Of a DNA stretch of 64,000 nucleotides, positions 57,845 to 64,000 are shown one piece after another. Positions within the stretch are counted from its first letter, which is position 1. Each line of letters starts with the position of its first letter. The stretch spans positions 1 through 64,000 of IMG/VR virus record IMGVR_UViG_3300006923_000013; one strand, 5' to 3'. The position numbers and the translations under genes are program-made. Origin of the DNA: a virus. The notes under the pieces are model-generated. The model was not told where the DNA came from. It worked only from the letters and a program-made list of their open reading frames with translations, and searched no databases.

Positions 57845-58064
57845 GTATAGTTTCTACTAGTTCTTTTAAATCTGCTGAACCTGCTGGAACAGTTACTTCA
57901 GTATTCCATACCGCATCTACCACTGTTGCGCCTTTATATTGTAATATCACTCTTCCCTCGAAGCCTTTTACTTTAGTATTGACTTTAGGGTAATAGCAAA
58001 CATCATTGTTTACATTATCGTAAGCAAGAATATCATCAGGCTTATTGTATATTTCCCATGCCAT
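57831..58064 (-). CDS. Hypothetical protein (77 aa)
   Basis: ORF track; paralogous to the downstream gene. Confidence 0.7.
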   Translation of the reverse strand: MAWEIYNKPDDILAYDNVNNDVCYYPKVNTKVKGFEGRVILQYKGATVVDAVWNTEVTVPAGSADLKELVETIHGYL

Positions 58065-58070
58065 ACTGTT

Positions 58071-58394
58071 TTATCCCGCTTTATACGCTAAAACTGCCCC
58101 ACTTACCAATGCTATGTTTATAAACTTTCCGTATATAATACTTCCTTTAGGAATTGTTATATCTACATCGAAATCTTCGTATACTACATCTCCATTTGTA
58201 GGAGACATAGCAGATACATCTAAAACTGCATCCGCAGTTCCAATAACTTGAACTGCAGTATATGGACCAGCATGTACGCTGGTATCATCTATATATATAG
58301 CACCACAACATCCGAGTGTTCCAGAATGAAGTTTTTTAATAGCTTTCTCTACTCTATTATCTTTTCCTGCAGAACTTGTTTTAGTATCGCTCAT
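58071..58394 (-). CDS. Small structural protein (107 aa)
   Basis: ITIPKGSIIYGKFINIALVSGAVLAY is typical of small phage virion beta proteins. Confidence 0.7.
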   Translation of the reverse strand: MSDTKTSSAGKDNRVEKAIKKLHSGTLGCCGAIYIDDTSVHAGPYTAVQVIGTADAVLDVSAMSPTNGDVVYEDFDVDITIPKGSIIYGKFINIALVSGAVLAYKAG

Positions 58395-58406
58395 TTTTCT
58401 TTATTT

Positions 58407-58769
58407 TTAAGATCGTGTCCAGTAACCATATTCGACTATACATGTAGCTGTGTCTGCTTGTATTTCTAATCCTGTACTGGCAGATAATGGAAAATATGCA
58501 AACTCTCCTGGATATAAAGCTGCAAAATCTACTCCCGCATCTGTTTTAATTTCTATAAAATTAGTAGCATCTACATTACGTAAATACACAAAATTCACAT
58601 CCGCTATGGTAGAAGCTATAAGTGTAGTTACAGTCGTATGCAATACAGCCACTTTAGCTGTAGATATCAGAGGATTTCCTATTGTAAGGTTATCTGTGTG
58701 ATTTATAAGCATATTTTCAGATGTAGCATCTGTGCTTACAAGATTTAAAGTTACAGTTAAAGTTGACAT
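58407..58769 (-). CDS. Small beta-rich structural protein, paralogue 4 of 4
   Basis: LVSTDAT, YLRNV, YPGEFAYFPL. Confidence 0.75.
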   Translation of the reverse strand: MSTLTVTLNLVSTDATSENMLINHTDNLTIGNPLISTAKVAVLHTTVTTLIASTIADVNFVYLRNVDATNFIEIKTDAGVDFAALYPGEFAYFPLSASTGLEIQADTATCIVEYGYWTRS

Positions 58770-58790
58770 TGTTCTTCTATAGTTAGATTA

Positions 58791-58802
58791 CAAATTTACT
58801 AA
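58791..58802 (-). promoter_or_regulatory. Bacteroidota -7 promoter element (TTAGTAAATTTG)
   Basis: TAnnTTTG match, intergenic, upstream of the ATG at 58769. Confidence 0.6.
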
Positions 58803-58860
58803 ATAGTTTTATATCGCTTTTATAGCTATAAACATATAAAGCTATACAGTCTTTTAATTT

Positions 58861-59037
58861 TCATTGTTTGAACTTCCTGGATAGTCTATCATTTACGTAT
58901 TCAATTCTCTTTTCTAATTGATCTATCTGATATGTCACACCTGTAACAAATACTGTAGATGTTACAGCAAGAGATATCATTGCCACAACTAACCAGTTTG
59001 GAAATGTTCTCTGTTTAGATATATCCGCCTCGGTCAT
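58861..59037 (-). CDS. Small membrane protein (58 aa, MTEADISKQRTFPNWLVVAMISLAVTSTVFVTGVTYQIDQLEKR...), not in ORF track
   Basis: Translated by hand; TAATG coupling to the upstream gene; one TM helix plus a coiled coil. Confidence 0.7.
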   Translation of the reverse strand: MTEADISKQRTFPNWLVVAMISLAVTSTVFVTGVTYQIDQLEKRIEYVNDRLSRKFKQ

Positions 59038-59282
59038 TATGATTTAATCTTTAAAAAAGCTAAAAGTGCTCCTACTGCAATTTGAATCCCTGCAATGATA
59101 CCTATCGCTTTCTGCTTGAATTGCTTATCATCTGCGATATATTTCGCATGATGCTCCACTCTCTGAACAAGCCCCCGATGTCCTAACTCTTCATTCCCTG
59201 TTAGAGCATTCATTATCTCTTTTTGTCCTTCGCGTATTTCACGGACATCTACCTTTAAATCATTCAGTTGTTCTTCCATCAC
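59037..59282 (-). CDS. Coiled-coil protein with a C-terminal TM helix (holin/haemolysin XhlA-like)
   Basis: AIGIIAGIQIAVGALLAFLKI C-terminus. Confidence 0.65.
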   Translation of the reverse strand: MMEEQLNDLKVDVREIREGQKEIMNALTGNEELGHRGLVQRVEHHAKYIADDKQFKQKAIGIIAGIQIAVGALLAFLKIKS

Positions 59283-59283
59283 A

Positions 59284-59487
59284 TTATTCCTGTTTATCTG
59301 TTTTTATATGTTTCCACGTGTCAAGCCCTAAAAGAGTAGCACTATATCCAAATACCACAAAAATAATAGTCGGTTCTACATTATAAAAGTCAAGACCTGA
59401 GATAACTGCCATAATTAATCCTATTGTAAAACTTATAAAACCAAGTATTCTTTTACTTATTTGCTCCTTTGACATTACTTTATTCAT
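59284..59487 (-). CDS. Two-TM holin-like protein (67 aa)
   Basis: SKRILGFISFTIGLIMAVI and IIFVVFGYSATLLGL helices. Confidence 0.65.
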   Translation of the reverse strand: MNKVMSKEQISKRILGFISFTIGLIMAVISGLDFYNVEPTIIFVVFGYSATLLGLDTWKHIKTDKQE

Positions 59488-59497
59488 TAGTAGTCTT

Positions 59498-59887
59498 TTA
59501 AACTAAAAGTGCCATTGCAATCTCTCTTGGAGTGTAACCATCAGGCTGCACGTTATCCAACCATGCTTGAGGAGATGTTTCAAAAGAAGTCCTTAGTTCC
59601 GAACTCTCTATGTTTATATAATCCGCCACCTCATCACTCCTTGTTCTTAGGAAAGCGGGCATTGCGGGGTTCTCCTCCAATGTAAGCTCTTGAAGAGTGG
59701 ACACATTATCCAACCTATCGTTCCACCCTACATTTATCCCTGAGATACCGTGAATGTCTATGTTCTGATGTTTGGTCTCATGGAGTTGCCCGATGTTCAC
59801 AATAGACAATTGATATATCTCGTTCTGTTGGTCTGCTATCCAAAAACCATCTACTCCTGCTCTATTATCAAATTCTTTATTTGTCAT
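59498..59887 (-). CDS. Hypothetical protein (likely start ATG 59887, MTNKEFDNR)
   Basis: TAATG coupling with the DUF285 gene stop. Confidence 0.65.
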   Translation of the reverse strand: MTNKEFDNRAGVDGFWIADQQNEIYQLSIVNIGQLHETKHQNIDIHGISGINVGWNDRLDNVSTLQELTLEENPAMPAFLRTRSDEVADYINIESSELRTSFETSPQAWLDNVQPDGYTPREIAMALLV

Positions 59888-61050
59888 TATGCTGCTCCTC
59901 CATCGGTTATCCCACCCCACTTCGAGATGAGACTTGTTCTTGCTGCTTCCGCAGCTCCTCCGCTTGTGTATTTACTTCCTCCAAAGTTAACTGTTCCTGA
60001 ATATGCCATTGCTCCCTGAGCATCATAAGCTATCAGTAGTGCATCGTAATTCGCTGTTGACAGTCCTGTGGCATTTTGCATGAACCCTAAAAAGGCAGAA
60101 ACCTGATTAACATCCCAAGCACTGATGTCCTGATCGAAAGCATCCGCATCGAAGAACATATACACCATTCCATTGACAACAAGACTCGTATCCCAAGATC
60201 CTATAGGCTGATTGAAGGCTTTCGCAAGTTGGAACATTCTTGTCATTGTAGTTGCCGCTCCTGTTCCCCATCCACTTATATTCTGATTGAAGAGTGTTGC
60301 GCCTCTGAACATCTCCTGAAAATTTGAAACACTTGTGACCACCCAAGATGATATGTCCTGATTGAACGTGGATGCCGATATGAACATCTGCTTCATACTC
60401 GTTGCTGATGATGTATCCCAAGTGGACAGATCCCCATCGAAGACAGTGCAACTTGTGAACATCGCTTCAAACTTCAGGACAGACCCTACATCCCAAGTGT
60501 CTATGCTTCCATTGAAACTTGTACAGTTTCCAAACATGTTAAGCATGCTTGTAACGCTACTGACATCCCAAGTAGAAAAGTCAGGGGTTGTCAGTGATGT
60601 GCAATTAAGGAAGGTGTAGTCCAGATTTGTAGCAGATATTGTAGGCGCATCCGTAGCGGAGATATCTAAAGCTGAACAACCGTTGAATGCACGGTTAGTT
60701 GAAATATCCAGAGTTCCAAAATTTGAAATGTCAGTTATCTTATCGTCATCTCCTCCATTGTTGAAGTAGACACCTTGCACATCACCTGTTATAGTAATGG
60801 TATATGTTCCTTCTCCGCTACCAAAGGTTATAAGGAGATCTGAATCCGTATTATGCGAACCTGACCCTCCATCTGAATCTTCCCAAGTAAAGTTGTTCGT
60901 AGACCCTGTATCGAAAGGAAGGGCAAACTGGTCGCTATTGGACGTTCCTGCGTTATTGGATTTGACCTGAAATACAAAATCAGTATTTACAGGCGCTCCT
61001 TCCCCAGTTGAGTAGTTTGTTGATATCCCTATTCCTAATCCTAATCTCAT
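59887..61050 (-). CDS. BspA/DUF285-type leucine-rich surface-repeat protein (putative receptor-binding protein)
   Basis: About seven 25-aa repeats of the form (W)DVSSVTSMxxMFxxCTSFNxxIxxW; N-terminal MRLGLGIGI attachment-like motif. Confidence 0.88.
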   Translation of the reverse strand: MRLGLGIGISTNYSTGEGAPVNTDFVFQVKSNNAGTSNSDQFALPFDTGSTNNFTWEDSDGGSGSHNTDSDLLITFGSGEGTYTITITGDVQGVYFNNGGDDDKITDISNFGTLDISTNRAFNGCSALDISATDAPTISATNLDYTFLNCTSLTTPDFSTWDVSSVTSMLNMFGNCTSFNGSIDTWDVGSVLKFEAMFTSCTVFDGDLSTWDTSSATSMKQMFISASTFNQDISSWVVTSVSNFQEMFRGATLFNQNISGWGTGAATTMTRMFQLAKAFNQPIGSWDTSLVVNGMVYMFFDADAFDQDISAWDVNQVSAFLGFMQNATGLSTANYDALLIAYDAQGAMAYSGTVNFGGSKYTSGGAAEAARTSLISKWGGITDGGAA

Positions 61051-61059
61051 TTTATTTAT

Positions 61060-61926
61060 TTAGCTACCACCTTCTACTTCTGGGTCTGGCCCAGCACTGG
61101 GTGCAGATGTCTCGCCCTCGTCTACTCCGCTTGAGGTTTTACCTCCTCCTGTAATAGAAGAAGACGAAGAAGTATTACTTGAAGTAGATACTTCTGAAGT
61201 TCCACTTTTAGGAGAACCTGTCATATCTATACACGGTTCCCATCCACTAATTCTAGGATTGTTTGTAGGAGGCATTACATTGTTTGCCATTGTATTACTC
61301 CAATACAACTCTCCGTAAGAAACTATATCTCCTATATTATATCCAAGTCCATTATTATAGGATATACTCCACGCTCCAGTGCTGGATAATTGACAATAAC
61401 CAAAAGTTTCACCCTGCTGCAGCTCGCAACAAGATCCTATCATATCATCAAATTTCTGTATAAGCTCACATGTAACCTCTGTACATAATGTATGTGCAAA
61501 CGTATCGTTCAATGTAGTTGTACAGGTCTCAGAATTATACTTATTAAGTGTATATTCTGGTGCATTATTAGTTTGAAACAGCCAAAACATAGCATTCCAA
61601 GTATGCAGTTTATCTATTGTGTCCTCTAAGCACTTTTCCCCATAATAAGAATTAGTTAGGAATGTTTGAGCCACTTTAAGGTATTTACAATCCCACATAT
61701 GTGTGAGTAATATCTCATCCACCCCGCATCCACAACAATCGTTACATGCTACATGATTGAAATAATCTCCAACAACAGTTGTATACTCAGTAAAATCTGC
61801 ACAAGGCATATAATAAGTAACACCCTCTATAACTTGTGTATGATAAAATTCCTCACAGCCAAACTCAGCCGATATTGCTCTCGCTTCCCAGGGTGTTGTA
61901 TATATATGATGAGCTACTTCTGACAT
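61060..61926 (-). CDS. Cys-rich virion protein with a CBM5/12 (chitin-binding type 3)-like module
   Basis: WSISYNNGLGYNIGDIVSYGELYW...PP...GWEPC (~61230-61375); Ser/Gly/Thr tail. Confidence 0.65.
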   Translation of the reverse strand: MSEVAHHIYTTPWEARAISAEFGCEEFYHTQVIEGVTYYMPCADFTEYTTVVGDYFNHVACNDCCGCGVDEILLTHMWDCKYLKVAQTFLTNSYYGEKCLEDTIDKLHTWNAMFWLFQTNNAPEYTLNKYNSETCTTTLNDTFAHTLCTEVTCELIQKFDDMIGSCCELQQGETFGYCQLSSTGAWSISYNNGLGYNIGDIVSYGELYWSNTMANNVMPPTNNPRISGWEPCIDMTGSPKSGTSEVSTSSNTSSSSSITGGGKTSSGVDEGETSAPSAGPDPEVEGGS

Positions 61927-61927
61927 C

Positions 61928-63613
61928 TTAACAGTTATTACATATTTTATTATCCATTATAGAACAAAGCTCTTCTAATCTTTTTATTGATTTTTCTATA
62001 TGTCCTTTAGTTACACAAGTTTCAGCAATTTTAAGTGCTCTATAAATTGAGAAGGCTTTCATATATGTTTCTTTTAAAGCATCACAATCGCAGCACTTGT
62101 TGGATAGCATTATATTTTTCATATGTTTTTGCAAGCATTGTTCTATATTACATAAAACTATCTTACATATAGATATCCTTTTCTTAGTTAATAACTCAAC
62201 TCCTTCTAAAGTAATTGTTACGCTGTATAAAGTATATGTGTATATACCATCTACTAGATTACTGCCAGCCGTTCCCATAACTGCGCTACCATACCTATAA
62301 TAGTTACCATTTGAATTTATACCATTTCCAGTATAGGGTAACTCACTAGCTATTAACTCTGTTACATCTGGTGCTATTGTTGTAGCAACAGAATTAAACA
62401 CAAATTCTTCACCAGACCCGATAGTTATTGTACCTATAACATCTGTAGATGTAGATTCTACATCTTCTGAAGTATATGTGGTTATCTCTCCACCTTCAGG
62501 CATAAACAGATATCCCGTTATAGAAGGAACAGTTGTAGCTGTATCGCAAGTGCAATCTGCTTTAAAATCAAATTTTATACAGCACTCTTCACATCCTAAT
62601 ACTCCATCAGGATCGTAATTAAGCGCACAAGGATCGAGGCATGCTGCACATCCTGTATTCCACAGGTCTCCATCAGGCTCATTACAATCTCCACAAGCAT
62701 CTATAAATTTTGTACCATTTGCAATACCACTGCAATCTTCGCACCCTTCGTTGAAAGTTGGATCTAAAGGTTCCTTACATTCATCACATTTGTCGAGCAT
62801 AGCTAAACCTCCCCACACACCTGCACAATCCTGTTCACATGGAACAGTCACACACTCTCCAGTTAAAGGGTAGCCTTCCTCACATATTCCACCTACAGGG
62901 ACCACACAGTCTCCGCAATTATCAAGCACTGCGGTACCACCACATATTCCAGCACAATCTGTATACAAACAAGAACCGTCATCTTGTGTTGCCTTAGGAT
63001 CGTAATATGCACAAGAGTTTGGATCGGTACATCCGAATACTGGTTCCTCTCCCTCTAGAGCTACCTCTACTACAGCTTGTATAGACACAGAGCAATCATT
63101 TAAAGATATTACTGCTCCATTGAAGTCATACGTAATTGAAGTAGCGGGCCCTATACTGTACTCGCCGCTTGCTAGCCCCGAGAATGTAAATACTTCTGGA
63201 GGACTTACAAGTATTGTCTGTATAATGTTTCCTCCTGAATCGTATAGATTTATAGGAACATTTTGTATCTGTGATTGCCCTTGAGTGTATATCCAAGACA
63301 TGGACACTGTTAAAGAGCCTGAAGATGTATTATTTAAGTCTGGTACAGATTCAAGTACTGTAAGAGTCATATAATCACATGGATGCTGCGAACACTGAGA
63401 CTGACATTGCAGTAGGGTTGCGTATCCAAAACCACTTACTACGTTAGAATACCAAAAATCATTAACTTCCTGCCAAGTCCCTGTAAATACAGTGCCAGAG
63501 CATGAATTATTCAGACAGAAATATACTGTAGTTGTGTATATATCTGGATTCGGGTCATCCGAAATCGGTGGTGGAAGTGATCCTGGTGTGTATTCTATAG
63601 TTGGCATTAGCAA
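61928..63613 (-). CDS. Cys-rich repeat virion protein (561 aa)
   Basis: GCTDP..YDPKATQDDGSC and DCAGxxGGxAxLDxCxxC repeats; Cys-rich helical C-terminus. Confidence 0.75.
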   Translation of the reverse strand: MLMPTIEYTPGSLPPPISDDPNPDIYTTTVYFCLNNSCSGTVFTGTWQEVNDFWYSNVVSGFGYATLLQCQSQCSQHPCDYMTLTVLESVPDLNNTSSGSLTVSMSWIYTQGQSQIQNVPINLYDSGGNIIQTILVSPPEVFTFSGLASGEYSIGPATSITYDFNGAVISLNDCSVSIQAVVEVALEGEEPVFGCTDPNSCAYYDPKATQDDGSCLYTDCAGICGGTAVLDNCGDCVVPVGGICEEGYPLTGECVTVPCEQDCAGVWGGLAMLDKCDECKEPLDPTFNEGCEDCSGIANGTKFIDACGDCNEPDGDLWNTGCAACLDPCALNYDPDGVLGCEECCIKFDFKADCTCDTATTVPSITGYLFMPEGGEITTYTSEDVESTSTDVIGTITIGSGEEFVFNSVATTIAPDVTELIASELPYTGNGINSNGNYYRYGSAVMGTAGSNLVDGIYTYTLYSVTITLEGVELLTKKRISICKIVLCNIEQCLQKHMKNIMLSNKCCDCDALKETYMKAFSIYRALKIAETCVTKGHIEKSIKRLEELCSIMDNKICNNC

Positions 63614-63999
63614 TCTTTACATGTTGAACATTCCCATCCTTCTACCAATAATGGTAAGGCATCTAAAATTTCTCTAATTGTATCTTCAGAACCTTCGGCG
63701 CAATTGGTTGCGTTATAAGCTTTTAAAGCTGTAAGCAAACTATCCAATGTTCTGAAATTCTTATACAGTACATCTGTAGGGTTATCACAATTGACTCCAT
63801 AGCATTCATCTGTACAATCTAATACTATACGTTTAGCCATTTCCTTTAATATGCACTCGTAGTATTGTACTGTACATTCACACGATCCATTGTCCACAGT
63901 AGCGGTTGGATCATAATTAGATGCTGTAGGATCTGTACATCCAGAACAACCAGTGGCGTCTCCGTAGCAGTCTCCACATATATCCTTAGATAGATTATT
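63607..63999 (-). CDS. Cys-rich repeat protein, 5'-truncated by the window edge
   Basis: The frame stays open to the window end: ...KDICGDCYGDATGCSGCTDPTASNYDPTATVDNGSCEC... Confidence 0.75.
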   Translation of the reverse strand, partial: NNLSKDICGDCYGDATGCSGCTDPTASNYDPTATVDNGSCECTVQYYECILKEMAKRIVLDCTDECYGVNCDNPTDVLYKNFRTLDSLLTALKAYNATNCAEGSEDTIREILDALPLLVEGWECSTCKDC

Positions 64000-64000
64000 C

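Noticed and set aside
58805-58850. AT-rich palindromes (TATAGCTATA...AGCTATA) upstream of a promoter motif
   Set aside because: Low complexity and weak; could be an operator or weak hairpin but is not distinguishable from chance.
19787-64000. Stop-codon reassignment (TAG or TGA), as in some crAss-like phages
   Set aside because: Very long ORFs tile both arms under code 11, and TAG and TGA both act as real stops at tight gene junctions.
59887-64000. Diversity-generating retroelement acting on the adhesin genes
   Set aside because: No reverse transcriptase in the window and no near-identical TR/VR pair differing at adenines was seen.
1-64000. tRNA, rRNA or integrase/prophage boundary
   Set aside because: Intergenic gaps are short and no cloverleaf, att site or host housekeeping genes were recognised by eye; tRNAscan-SE would be needed to exclude tRNAs formally.

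Overview
The window is a 64-kb segment of a crAss-like (Crassvirales-type) podophage infecting a Bacteroidota host, probably aquatic or Flavobacteria-like. It uses the standard genetic code, and I saw no tRNA, CRISPR array, intron or intein. The + strand (1-19.7 kb) carries small accessory genes and a replication/recombination module: PolA, SF2 helicase, initiator-like protein, DnaB, Sak4-like ATPase, SSB, primase, RusA-like resolvase and a PD-(D/E)XK nuclease. It continues with a MoxR-vWA pair and a class II ribonucleotide reductase, and is interrupted by a small inverted spanin-like gene pair. The - strand (19.8-64 kb) is the late tail/ejection module: Cys-rich and DUF285 adhesin-like genes, small membrane (holin-like) genes, paralogous small beta proteins, ring proteins, an IHF-like gene, a 2308-aa muzzle protein and four large cargo proteins, one of them a 4392-aa virion RNA polymerase polyprotein. 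Most striking: (i) the 4392-aa and 1329-aa cargo proteins each have exactly one cysteine, at the C- and N-terminus facing each other across the gene junction, suggesting head-to-tail disulfide chaining; (ii) the RNAP polyprotein ends in an AbiEii/MenT-like nucleotidyltransferase domain; (iii) a membrane-anchored RNAP alpha-CTD mimic; (iv) a recurring TTAKTAnnTTTG promoter, implying a leaderless RNAP mRNA; (v) four dispersed paralogues of one small structural protein. All calls come from motif recognition by eye; no searches were run.
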